DNA of 64,000 nucleotides, from positions 320,001 to 384,000 of the IMG/VR virus record IMGVR_UViG_3300035208_004923. The stretch is one strand, 5' to 3'. Shown in pieces: positions 30,127-40,843 of this stretch. This DNA is from a virus (Duplodnaviria > Caudoviricetes). Made by a program: the position numbers and the translations under genes. Each line of letters opens with the position of its first letter. Position 1 is the first letter of the stretch. The notes under the pieces were generated by a model. It was not told the DNA's origin. It did no database searches and saw nothing but the letters and a program-made list of their open reading frames with translations.

Positions 30127-30590
30127 TGCAATTTAAACAACTATTAAATATGAATGAAGCAAAACAAATTTGGAACAAAAAAGTGTTCCTAGGTGGCACA
30201 TGTAATGAATCTAAATGGCGTGATGAATTAATCAAAAAACTTAAGATTGACTATTTCAATCCAGTTGTTCCAGATTGGACCGAAGAATGCTATCAAGAAG
30301 AATTAAGACAACGGGAATCATGCGATTTTTGTTTGTACGTTATTACACCAAAAATGACAGGCAGTTATTCAATTGCTGAAGTAGTTGACGATTCAAATAA
30401 ACGTCCAGAAAAAACTGTTTTTTGTTTTGTTTCAACAGATGAAGATAAAGAATTCGATAAAGCACAAAACAAAAGTTTGGATAAAGTTGGCGTAATGGTT
30501 GCATCTAATGGCGGTACTTATTTGAAATCATTAGATGAAGTTGCAAACTTTTTAAACATGGAATATTACATAGAGAATAATGAAAAATAG
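30126..30590 (+). CDS. nucleoside 2-deoxyribosyltransferase-like protein
   Basis: KVFLGGT, WR, YFNP, YSIAE; short MQFKQLLNMNE leader. Confidence 0.8.
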   Translation: MQFKQLLNMNEAKQIWNKKVFLGGTCNESKWRDELIKKLKIDYFNPVVPDWTEECYQEELRQRESCDFCLYVITPKMTGSYSIAEVVDDSNKRPEKTVFCFVSTDEDKEFDKAQNKSLDKVGVMVASNGGTYLKSLDEVANFLNMEYYIENNEK

Positions 30591-31590
30591 AATACCTACA
30601 TTTGAATCATTTGAATTTAATGATTGCACACAATTATTTGAATTATCGAATAATAGTACTTTATATCATCATTCAATGGCAAAATTTAAAGTAGGTGATG
30701 TAATTACTTCACAGAAAAATGGTGATGGCGTTCATTGGCTTGCAAATGATCCAATGGAAATTGGATTAGAATTTTTCAGAAAAAAACATTATCCTGATAG
30801 ACCTTCACGTTTCGATTGCGTATATTCAAGCATAATCCCAAGAACGCGATTTTCAGACAAAGGATATTTATATGTAGTGCAACCAGTTGGAAGTCTTTTT
30901 ATGACAGATTCAATGATTATTGATAGCTTAGGCGATGAATTTATGAGAGAACGAATGACCCCGTATTATGAAACATTAACTATTAATGATTTCAAAAAAA
31001 ATCCAGAGGAAGCTGAAAGAATTCTTTCTTATTATTCTGCAAAAAGATATTGGGATGGCGTTAAATCGCTGCCTAGGGAAAGATGGGGCGATATTGAAGT
31101 ATTATCAAATTCCGCAATTGTGACACAGGTAATTGAAGATTCAGGAACAGTATTACGTCCAGGAATGGATGTTGTGGTTACGGAAGATAACATTATAGAT
31201 GTGACAATGACTATTTATAATCAGCACCCGAAAGAAAATGATACTCAATTATTCGATAATGAACAAATTGCAACAATGTTAAGTTATATTGAAAAACATA
31301 TCATAAACGGCAAATTTGAACAGCAATCTTATAATAAAAATGTCTATGATATTCGCGGGTATTTAAGAAAAGATGCAAAACTTAAAACTACATTTATACG
31401 TACAAATTTAGCAAAAAATGTGCATACGTATGATACCGTAAAAGGAAAGTATAGTTTAATAACATTCGATTTATACATCGATGGCCATTTATTCAAACGT
31501 GCAAATGAAGCACCGCTTTTCAGACTTGAAACAGCAATGTATTTGAAAAATAAAGCTTATGATATTGGTATGTATCTAAAGAAAGTTTAG
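30580..31590 (+). CDS. RIP-leader protein, DUF2441/ART-like N-terminal domain
   Basis: MKNRIPTFESFEFND; E.FR...YP.RPSR..C.Y, LY.V, YW.G, EVL. Confidence 0.65.
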   Translation: MKNRIPTFESFEFNDCTQLFELSNNSTLYHHSMAKFKVGDVITSQKNGDGVHWLANDPMEIGLEFFRKKHYPDRPSRFDCVYSSIIPRTRFSDKGYLYVVQPVGSLFMTDSMIIDSLGDEFMRERMTPYYETLTINDFKKNPEEAERILSYYSAKRYWDGVKSLPRERWGDIEVLSNSAIVTQVIEDSGTVLRPGMDVVVTEDNIIDVTMTIYNQHPKENDTQLFDNEQIATMLSYIEKHIINGKFEQQSYNKNVYDIRGYLRKDAKLKTTFIRTNLAKNVHTYDTVKGKYSLITFDLYIDGHLFKRANEAPLFRLETAMYLKNKAYDIGMYLKKV

Positions 31591-32558
31591 TAATACCAGC
31601 AGCCAAGGCATTCTTCGATTCTGTTATCAAATTCGTATAAATCAGATAACGTTTGCTCGCCTTCTGGAAATGGCTCGTTTGTTTCAATTTTTTGCAATAA
31701 ATCTTTAAGGTGTTTTACAAGATCTGTTCTAACTTTATTCGTTAGTTCTATTTCAACACTTTTTTCCATTACTTATTATCTATAATATCTTTGATTGCTT
31801 TTTTGTTTTTGATAAAGAATACCTCAACTCCATCTTCATCGTCAATCGAATCCAATAAACCTTTACGTTTTAAATTGTAAAGAAACACTGTTGACGCGCA
31901 GTTTTGTATTTCTAATAGCAATTCTTCTTCTGTAGGTTCTGTTAGATATAAACAAATAGTGCCGTCTTCGATAAAGTTTTTTAATGTCTTTTCGCCATAA
32001 ACACTAGTTATTGCTGCTTCATAAACTTCATCCGGCGCATCGGTAACCATCTCGTTTCTTGATGCAGCGTCATCAATCAATACTGCTTTTAATGTAGGAA
32101 CAAACGATCTTAAGTAATCCTGAATTTCTTCAGGATACTTAGGAAGGTTATATGTATTATTGTTGAAAGTTATCATAATCCTCTTTACTTTTGAATTCAT
32201 TAAACCCTGTGATAATTAGATTAGACGTACTTGTATTTCTATCCATTATTTGTTGTTTCAATTTTGAATACAATGGCATTGTTTCTGATTCAACGTAATG
32301 AATACCGTAGCCGGAAGCCGAACGTTCATCTTTTCGTCCTTCCATGTATATATAGTAAAAAATAAAATATCTCATTATTTATCTGTAAAGAATTGTTAAT
32401 GTATAACATACTTCGAGGTAATGTGTCGATTCCTTTGTTGATTGTGATTGCGTCATTTGCAATACTTCGATACCTTGAGCTTCTTCAGATATCAACCAAT
32501 TATTCATACCATTTTCAATATCGCTAGGATAATTTCCGCTGATTACTTTTACTTTCAT
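31587..32558 (-). CDS. four small hypothetical proteins (31587-31769, 31769-32200, 32157-32375, approx. 32379-32558)
   Basis: packed ORFs. Confidence 0.55.
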
Positions 32559-32559
32559 A

Positions 32560-33819
32560 TTACATTAAATATTTAATTCCGTTTACTTCAATAAAATATC
32601 TGAACCAAGATTCATTACGAATCTCCGATTCTTTCATTGTTTTTTCTTCACTTCTGTAAGAATATCTGTCAGGTTTTTCTATATTGATAACTATTTTGTT
32701 ATTCTTTTCATCTAATGTATACTTTCCAGTTACATAAGTACTTACCTTTTCTATATCAGATTGTACCCAACTGTACGAATTTCTGTATGGCTCATTAAGA
32801 TATCCGTTGCCGACAAATTTAAATGTTCCACGACTTTTAGATATCATTGGATATAATGATGTTGAATATCCACGTGAGCATTTCGATTTCCATTTTACAA
32901 TTTCTTCGTCAATGTTAACAGCTTCTTCAAAAACACTTGATACTTTAATTTTGTTCAATGACAACAAATAATTAGCATTCGATTGTCGCATGTTAATTTT
33001 ATTTGGTGCATAATTTGGCGGTTCATTTTTTAAAACTTTCAAATCATAACTTTGTTTTGCAAGATTATATGTATCGACAAATTCCTCAATAGAAATAACA
33101 GATTTTCCAGATGGCTTCTTTGTTATTACTTGTAATGATGTGAAGAATTCATAATCGCCATTTGAATCCATTAGCACATGTAAACGTTCGTCTTTTATTG
33201 TGTAATGAGCAGAAGATCTGTACGCACTGAATGAATGACTTGCAGAAATACCCCAGCATTTGCCAATGTATGTGTATATTTTTTCATTCTTCATTTCGAT
33301 TTCATCACCATTCAACAAATCCGTAGGTTTTATTGTAATTGCATTTTTCTTTCTTGTTGATTCTGTGGCAGACTCATATAATGCAGAATTTGTTGCAAGT
33401 AAAGCAAGATCTTTACCTTCCCATGCCCATACACAAGTGCCAACAAGTTTTCCTTCAATGATTGTTGAATTGCAAACCAATGCAACTAAATTTGCTGCTG
33501 TGATTTCAAGGTCAAATCCATAAGGATCTGATATTCTGAACATTGTTCGTCCAGAAGAAAACCATTCGGAACTTCTTTTATCAAATTCACTAAAGTAAAA
33601 ACCTTCACGTGGAATATTGTCGAGAACCTGTGGCGCAATATTTTTATCTCGCCATCCTTCCCAAGATGTCTCTTTACGTAATTTGCCTTTGTCTCTAAAA
33701 GTTGCATATCCAAGTAAATATGATGGGCCATCAAAGTATTCTCCATCTACACCTCTAATATGCTTATGCTGTCTTTTATTGAAACCTACTTCAATTTTTT
33801 CAGGAATTATCAATGCCAT
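32560..33819 (-). CDS. hypothetical phage protein
   Basis: 419-aa ORF. Confidence 0.75.
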   Translation of the reverse strand: MALIIPEKIEVGFNKRQHKHIRGVDGEYFDGPSYLLGYATFRDKGKLRKETSWEGWRDKNIAPQVLDNIPREGFYFSEFDKRSSEWFSSGRTMFRISDPYGFDLEITAANLVALVCNSTIIEGKLVGTCVWAWEGKDLALLATNSALYESATESTRKKNAITIKPTDLLNGDEIEMKNEKIYTYIGKCWGISASHSFSAYRSSAHYTIKDERLHVLMDSNGDYEFFTSLQVITKKPSGKSVISIEEFVDTYNLAKQSYDLKVLKNEPPNYAPNKINMRQSNANYLLSLNKIKVSSVFEEAVNIDEEIVKWKSKCSRGYSTSLYPMISKSRGTFKFVGNGYLNEPYRNSYSWVQSDIEKVSTYVTGKYTLDEKNNKIVINIEKPDRYSYRSEEKTMKESEIRNESWFRYFIEVNGIKYLM

Positions 33820-33826
33820 AATTTAT

Positions 33827-34237
33827 TTAATTTTTAGTTAGTAAATATTTTAATTTTTCAATTTCTTGAAGTTTTTCTTCAATTTGTTTGTTGATTTCAG
33901 CATTTCTTTTTTTGTCTGCCAATTGTTGTGCTGTCATTTTTGCTTCTGCTTCCTCTTCTTGTATTTTATCTGCAAGTGTTTTTGCATTTATTACAATAGG
34001 ATCATTTAAAGGAAAAATACAAACTTCATAATCACTAATTGTTTTTTTAGGATCTGCTTTTCCACTATACGGACGATAGCTTCCTGCTTCTCTTATAAAA
34101 TTTTTCAAAGCATCAATAGCACCTTTGGATGTTGCCCATGATGCTTTAGGTTGACAACCAGGATTAATAAATTTTGTATCACCAACTAATCGAATGCGAT
34201 ACATGAATTTTTCTTTCGGCTTTTTAATTTTTGACAT
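33827..34237 (-). CDS. hypothetical protein, paralog of C-terminus of 34254-35354
   Basis: YRIR..GDTK..PG....W...AIDA.K...DYE.C..P.NDPI. Confidence 0.75.
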   Translation of the reverse strand: MSKIKKPKEKFMYRIRLVGDTKFINPGCQPKASWATSKGAIDALKNFIREAGSYRPYSGKADPKKTISDYEVCIFPLNDPIVINAKTLADKIQEEEAEAKMTAQQLADKKRNAEINKQIEEKLQEIEKLKYLLTKN

Positions 34238-34253
34238 GACAATAAGATTTTAA

Positions 34254-35354
34254 TTACTTAACGTTAATGTATTGAGTTTTAAGCAATTCGATTTCTGCAA
34301 TTTTTTCATCAATTGCTTTTTGTAAATCTGCTTTTTTCTTTTTAATTTCGCGTTGTTTTGCGGATAATGCCTTTTCTTTTTCTTTTTCAATACGTAATCT
34401 TACAAAAACATCAGCAGAAACTGTAATAGGATCATTTACAGGCAGCATACAGATTTCGTAATCTGCTAATGTTTGATTTCCATGCATATGACTTTTAATA
34501 GCGTCAATTGCACTTGAAGCACGTTGCCATGTTGATTTCGATTTATACCCAGGTGATAAGTATTTTGTGTCACCTTTCATTCGAATTCTGTATAAATATT
34601 TTGGTTCAGCAGGTTTTTTGCTTTTTGCAACTGCTGCAGTTACCGCATTATTACTTTTTTTGCATGAATCCTCATTATTTTCTTTCATTGCATCAATGAT
34701 TGATGTAATGCCATTCTTTTTCGATTTTAATGGAAATTCAGTATTTGATAATTGAGCTTTGATATCTTCATACTCAGCTTTTTGCTCAACTATTGTTGGC
34801 ACTCTTGTTAATCCCATATAAGCATGTATTGTTCTGTCTTGTCCTGCAATTGTGCGAGAAGAAGGTGTAAATGTTCCTGGTTTTATTAAAGCGTCAGGAT
34901 CTGTAACAACTGTTGACCTTGTAACTGGTGTAGATGCTTTATCATTAATTGAAAGTTCACCTGACTTTTCATTATAATCAACATCAATTTTTGAAATTGC
35001 ACCTGTACGTATTGCAGCAGCAAATGTTACATCTTTAATGTCAAACCCATTGATTTCTAATGTTTTTCTAACTAAAGTAGTTTTATCAAGAACGATTTTC
35101 TGTTTGTACTTCATGTCAGCAGGTTCATTAATAGCAAATGTTAATGAATATTCATTATCAGATACTGTAATAATAAAACCGTTCTTTACTCTAATTTTGT
35201 CAGTTCCATTGATAATGGCATTAGACAAATCGAGAATTGTTTCATGTTGCAAACGAGGTTGCATAATGTTTGCCATTTTAGGCAATGAACCTAAAAGATT
35301 CATCCAGTCGAAGTTATCGACAAGTGCTTGTGCTAAATTGATTGGTGTTGTCAT
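34254..35354 (-). CDS. hypothetical protein
   Basis: 366-aa ORF, shared C-terminal domain. Confidence 0.75.
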   Translation of the reverse strand: MTTPINLAQALVDNFDWMNLLGSLPKMANIMQPRLQHETILDLSNAIINGTDKIRVKNGFIITVSDNEYSLTFAINEPADMKYKQKIVLDKTTLVRKTLEINGFDIKDVTFAAAIRTGAISKIDVDYNEKSGELSINDKASTPVTRSTVVTDPDALIKPGTFTPSSRTIAGQDRTIHAYMGLTRVPTIVEQKAEYEDIKAQLSNTEFPLKSKKNGITSIIDAMKENNEDSCKKSNNAVTAAVAKSKKPAEPKYLYRIRMKGDTKYLSPGYKSKSTWQRASSAIDAIKSHMHGNQTLADYEICMLPVNDPITVSADVFVRLRIEKEKEKALSAKQREIKKKKADLQKAIDEKIAEIELLKTQYINVK

Positions 35355-35359
35355 ATTTC

Positions 35360-36027
35360 TTATAATTGTGATTTAAAAATGTCTAAATGTTTTGCGGTTG
35401 ATATTGTGTATAAATGTTCGGTGAGTTCTGTACAATTATGATACTTTTCAAAATTACGTATCATTCGATTGCATGCGTTGATATGTCCTTGACGTGTGCA
35501 AGATTCAATAGTTTTGCAAATTTTTTCTACGCTATCTTCAATTATTATAGCTGTATATGGATTCCATGGAATCCATATTTCCGGTGTCTCGTTCATTATT
35601 TTGTTAATTTAGTTAGCATGTATTGTACTTCAGATTCTGTTAGTTTGATTACGTTCTTCAATTTTATTTTGCAGATTTCATCAATTGATAACATGGAATA
35701 CACTAATGAATTTTCATTGTCGGCAATCAATAATGCAACGGCAAATGCAGTTGTTGTATCATTAGCAACAGCAAGGTTTTCATTTAACGTTTTTACCGTT
35801 TGTCTGAAATTTGCATTTTCAATTGCAGCTTCAGATAATTCATTTTGTATTTCATTAATACTCCAAAGTTTATTTTCGATTTCCGTCCCGTTCAAAAAAG
35901 AAAAATCACTTCGAATATTACTTCGGAATCTTTCCAATTCTCCAGGAAATGCTTGTGCAAAATATGAATCAGAATTCATCAATTCTTCAATCAATTTAAT
36001 TTCGGCGTTTTTCGATAATGTTCCCAT
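35360..36027 (-). CDS. two hypothetical proteins (35360-35596, 35596-36027)
   Basis: TAATG-coupled ORFs. Confidence 0.65.
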
Positions 36028-36048
36028 ACAATAAAGTTTTAAGTTAAA

Positions 36049-36186
36049 TTAAGCAAAAATCCACATTGAAACAAAAAATAAACCAAAAAAACCAAGAATG
36101 ATTACAAATCCTTTAATTGCTTCAGCTTTTTCATTTGTAGGATTTACAACAATTTCAGATAATTTAGTGTCAGTATAATTTTCCAT
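36049..36186 (-). CDS. 45-aa single-TM early protein (not in ORF track)
   Basis: MENYTDTK...GFVIILGFFGLFFVSMWIFA; same 5' UTR as gene starting at 523. Confidence 0.6.
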   Translation of the reverse strand: MENYTDTKLSEIVVNPTNEKAEAIKGFVIILGFFGLFFVSMWIFA

Positions 36187-36199
36187 AGCGATTTGTTTT

Positions 36200-36250
36200 T
36201 ATCAATTAATTAAAATCAAATATACAACATTTATGAAGCAATAGCAATAG
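36200..36250 (-). promoter_or_regulatory. class I promoter
   Basis: repeat copy. Confidence 0.8.
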
Positions 36251-36251
36251 T

Positions 36252-37871
36252 TTATGAAAATAATTTTACATAAGATGATAATGAATCGTATGCATCTGTT
36301 AATTTGAATTCTTCAACTATTAATTTTCCATCGTATATTTTGCCGTTTATTGCATCAACTGAAATAAAATCGCCTTCTTTATAAACTTTATTGTTAATTG
36401 TTAATGTTAATGTTTTCATATCAATTGTCATATTGCTACAGCCAACAACACAAGGTTTATTCATTTGTCTTGCAACAATTGCTGCGTGGCATGTCATACC
36501 ACCTCTTGTTGTTATAACGCCATCTGATAATTTCATACCAATTAAATCAGCAGGTGATGTATCAATTCTAACTAAAATTGAGTTTTCTCCGGATTTATTA
36601 AATTTTTCAACACTTTCATTATTAAAAGCAATACGGCCAACCGCAATACCGCTTGATGCACTTAATCCTGTTGAAATATGAATATCGTTTACTTTTAATC
36701 TTTTTGCATTAAGAAAATGCAATTGAGTTTTATCTATTCTATTCAATGCAGTATTAGGTGATATTAAACCTTCGCACGCCATATCATATGCAATATTAAC
36801 AGCGCCAAGTATATTACATTTTGCATTTCTTGTTTGTAAAATGTAAACAATTTCATTTTCTATCGTAAATTCGATATCTTGAACATCGCCATAATGTTGC
36901 TCTAATTTATTAGCATAAGATATGAGTTTACTATATGCAATTGGCATTGATTCTTCTAATGAAATGTAGTTTTTATTTCGTTCAGTTTCATCTATAAAAT
37001 TATCAGTTGCCCATTTTGCCGATTCATATTTCGATATTTTTTTAGGTGTAACAACACCTGATACGATATCTTCACCTTGTGCTTTTGTCAAATATTCTCC
37101 AGTTATCAGATTTTCACCTGTAATAGGATTTCGTGTAAATAATACACCCGTTCCTGAATTGTCATTTATATTTCCAAAGACCATTGATTGTACAACAACA
37201 GCAGTTCCTAATGAATCATCTATGCCGTATGATTTTCTGTAATAAACAGCAACATCATTATTGAAAGAATTGAATACTGCAGATATTGAACGGAATAACT
37301 GCGTGTATACATCAATAGGAAATTCTTCACCGATTTCTTTGAAATACAACTTTTTATATTCTGCAATTGCTGTTTGCAATTCTTCTACTGTTGCGTTATT
37401 ATTGCAAAAATCAAATAAATCTTCATCGATGCCAGACACATGAATTGCAAAAGTTTCGATGAATTTCAAATATAATCGTAATGGAAATATTGCATCTCCA
37501 GTTTCTTTAGCAATTACATTAACAATATCATCATTGATTCCAACATTTAAAATTGTTGTCATCATGCCAGGCATTGATTCAACACCGCTTGAACGTATTG
37601 ATAAAAGTAATGGATTAGAACTTCCGCCGAACAACTTGTTTGTTTCTGATTCTAATGTTTTTATATCATTAGTAATATGCTGTTTTAATTCAGATGTTAT
37701 GTTTTTATCGTTTTTCCATTTTGCGTATGCATCAGTTGAAACAATAAAACCGTATGGCAATGAAACATTCAAACGATTCATTTCTAAAAGATTGAATCCT
37801 TTTCTACCTACTGCTGTTAATTCGGCAGTATCTGAAAAATTTGTTCTAAAAAAATACGATAGTTTATTCAT
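36252..37871 (-). CDS. pyruvate phosphate dikinase-like protein lacking the C-terminal pyruvate-binding domain
   Basis: PLLLSIRSSG..SMPGMM.TILN, AVVVQSMVFGN, SGTGVLFTRNP, AQGEDIVSG, DIEFTIE, LQTR, GGMTCHAAIVAR. Confidence 0.85.
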   Translation of the reverse strand: MNKLSYFFRTNFSDTAELTAVGRKGFNLLEMNRLNVSLPYGFIVSTDAYAKWKNDKNITSELKQHITNDIKTLESETNKLFGGSSNPLLLSIRSSGVESMPGMMTTILNVGINDDIVNVIAKETGDAIFPLRLYLKFIETFAIHVSGIDEDLFDFCNNNATVEELQTAIAEYKKLYFKEIGEEFPIDVYTQLFRSISAVFNSFNNDVAVYYRKSYGIDDSLGTAVVVQSMVFGNINDNSGTGVLFTRNPITGENLITGEYLTKAQGEDIVSGVVTPKKISKYESAKWATDNFIDETERNKNYISLEESMPIAYSKLISYANKLEQHYGDVQDIEFTIENEIVYILQTRNAKCNILGAVNIAYDMACEGLISPNTALNRIDKTQLHFLNAKRLKVNDIHISTGLSASSGIAVGRIAFNNESVEKFNKSGENSILVRIDTSPADLIGMKLSDGVITTRGGMTCHAAIVARQMNKPCVVGCSNMTIDMKTLTLTINNKVYKEGDFISVDAINGKIYDGKLIVEEFKLTDAYDSLSSYVKLFS

Positions 37872-37872
37872 A

Positions 37873-37921
37873 ATCAATTTTTAAAATCAAATATACAACA
37901 TTTAGAAATCATTAGCAATGG
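37873..37921 (-). promoter_or_regulatory. class I promoter
   Basis: repeat copy. Confidence 0.75.
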
Positions 37922-37935
37922 TTTCATCTAAAACT

Positions 37936-40800
37936 TTATAATAAAATTTGTAGCATTGTGATTCGTTTCTTTTCACAATTGTTTCTTTTTATAAATAACT
38001 TAAATTCTAAAACCTCACGACCTGGTGGAACGTTTACTCCTTTTTTATTGAAATGATATTTCAATTGTAAAAATTCAGGATATCCACGTTTCATGTGTTC
38101 TGCATTGCAAATTGGAATATAAACACTTGAATGCATGTCGCCATCATGTAATGCTTTTAAACTATAACGTCTAATCAACGTGTCAGCCGCACCGTATAAC
38201 AGTAATTTAAAAGTTAATTCATTAGGTTCCCATTCAGATGGCGATTGTGGCCATTGTTCGTCATGATAATCTGCTTGTTCACAAATTGCAGACATGCACC
38301 GTTTCTCACAAAAATTTCCAATTGCTTTTGCAAATGATTTGATACTAATTTTTGGTTTTTTCATTTTCTTCTAAGTATTTGTTTGCTGCTTTACGAACTT
38401 GTTCTTTTGATTTAAACTCGCCAATTTGTGTTAAAATACCATCTTCGTGTGTTTTTTTGCCTTCATAATTAGCATGAAATAACAAAAATCGTGATTCTGT
38501 TACCGTGATAATAGGTATTTCAGATTTCCCTAAGCCAGTTCTATTTTTTTCTGTTTCTAAATAATATGATGCCCAAACCTTAGTTTTTATAATAAACGTT
38601 GGCCTACGCCAATCATCTTTTTTCAATTCGCCACAGCCGTTTTTTCTATATATCCATGATATTGTTGAATTTTCTAATTGTTCAAACTTATCAGGCACAT
38701 AATTTTCATGCAACTTTTGTCCTTTATCATATTGGTCATCCCAAGTAAACTTTAATTGCGATGCGGTTTTGGGCGTTATTTGCAAATCGTACGGTTCGTA
38801 CTCTATTCCATTAATATCTTTAGCAGTTACTTCTAAACATGATACCATTTTTTTGAACATACCGCCTCTTAAGTTAATCGACATTGTATCGCTTCCAAAT
38901 TTGTATAATGAATTGAATTGCACAATAGTTCCTGCAGGAATTTTGTACGATTTATTTTTTGAATCGTATATATCAGCGTATGCTGCAAATTTAAAACGTG
39001 CGCCCCACGATGTATGTAATTCCCAATCATTTAAAAGAATTATGCATTCTTTACTTGCTGGCAACCAAAGTTTACTCATTAGTCTCCTCTTTTCGTTTTT
39101 TTCTGTATGTCTTCACAATCTGATTCCAAGCATCTTTATTTTCTTTTCGCCATTCACGATTATAATCGGCGACCTTTTCTTTGTTTTTATCTCGCCATTT
39201 TTTTTGATACTCTTTTAATTTCTCTGGATTGTTTTGTCGCCATTCCTTTTGAGCTTGACGTTGTCTTTCCTTTTGTTCTTCTTCAGTGAGTTTGCTTGAC
39301 ATAATGTTAATTATTTTAAAGTATCTTCAGAATTTTCATCTGAAGCTGTTGGTATAGGTTCAACGGATGAACCAAATAGTTTCATTCTTTTTGTTGTTCT
39401 TTTATTCATTTCTTTACCAATGAAATTTGCATTTTTATGGAATTTTTTTATTCTTGCAGGTTCAGCAGTCTTTAAATCGAAATATATGCCTTCTTTATCT
39501 TCACGTTTATCAACTATTTGAAAGGAAACAACATTACCTTCTGCATCAATAATCATTGATAATGCTAGTCCTAATCTGTGAAAAAATTGTCGGTTCGCTT
39601 CTTGAAGATATCCTTTATCTCTAAATTCTTCTCCAGACATTGTTTTCAAATCTTCCATTACTTTTCGTCAAATTTTGGAATAGTTGAAACAAATTTTATA
39701 CCGTTCTTTTCATCTGTATTTTTCCAAATTGTCTTTTGAGCAGTCTCGCTGTATTTTTCAGACAATACTTTTACGTTATTGAAACGTTTATATGTTGCAA
39801 CATATTCGTCTGGATTTTCAATGTTATAAATCTTTTCGCCGTTTTCGTTTACAATAAACCAGCCTTTCATTATACATTTTTCTTTGTGTCCTGGTTTTAA
39901 AACAGGTTCCTTAGTTTCTTCCATATTGTTTCTTTTTTATTTTGTGAATTTTCGTTTTCGTATAAAGCTTTATGCCTATCAGGTATTTCAAATGAACCGC
40001 ATATTTTATCTTCAGATTTATTTGGTGTTGGACTAGTCAAATTATGTGTATTGTACCAAGGTCCTTGACATAATACAGAATTTTCAAGGTTTGTCTCCCA
40101 TTCTTCTTTTGTTATTGTCATTTTAGCACCAGCAAACCCGGGTTCGCTTATAAGATAATCACCATACCGTATGTTTGGGTATTTTCTTGGACTAAAGTCA
40201 GGTTCGGTTTTTCCTCTACTTTTAAAATCATCAATACTTTGTTGATTTTGTTGATAAATTGGACTTACCGACACCTCAACATATTCATTGCATTTATTGC
40301 AATAAAATCCATTGTAATCTGTTTCTGCAGGTCTTTTTATTTTGTAAGATCCGCAATGATTGCAAACTACTGGGATCTTTTGTTTTGTTTCTTCATTAAA
40401 GAAGTAATCATAAACGTTTCCTGACATATCAAGTATTTTAATTTATTTCAACATATAATTCAGTATATAATTCATGTCCTTCTGATTGTAAAATTTCCTT
40501 TTTTGCTTTATCAATTGCTTCTTTTTTAATGTCGTCATCAGCAATTAAAAACCAATCATTTAATTTTGCAATACGAACTAGCTCATTATAGTATTCTTCA
40601 TCAATTTTACCTTTTAATGGAATTTGTGGGCATAACGGACTGTCGAATGATAACTTTCTACCATCCCAATAAATCAAAAAGTAATCATGTTCATCACCAC
40701 CTATTCCAATCAATCTTGCAACATTGTGATATCCCGTAATTAAAAATTGACCTTTACGTTCATTGAATAACTCAAGTAATCTTTCTAAACTTTTATCCAT
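37936..40800 (-). CDS. run of seven hypothetical proteins (37936-38364, 38345-39079, 39072-39302, 39311-39658, 39658-39924, 39897-40427, 40438-40800)
   Basis: packed ORFs downstream of a class II promoter. Confidence 0.65.
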
Positions 40801-40817
40801 TTGATTATTATTTTATT

Positions 40818-40843
40818 TTATATACACAAGCAATTAAAAGTTT
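40818..40843 (-). promoter_or_regulatory. class II promoter
   Basis: AAACT-N12-TGTATATAA. Confidence 0.75.

Noticed and set aside
39072-39302. Repeated (K/R)EW(R)..N.EK motifs as an HNH endonuclease
   Set aside because: Only the basic helical repeat is present; no nuclease domain.
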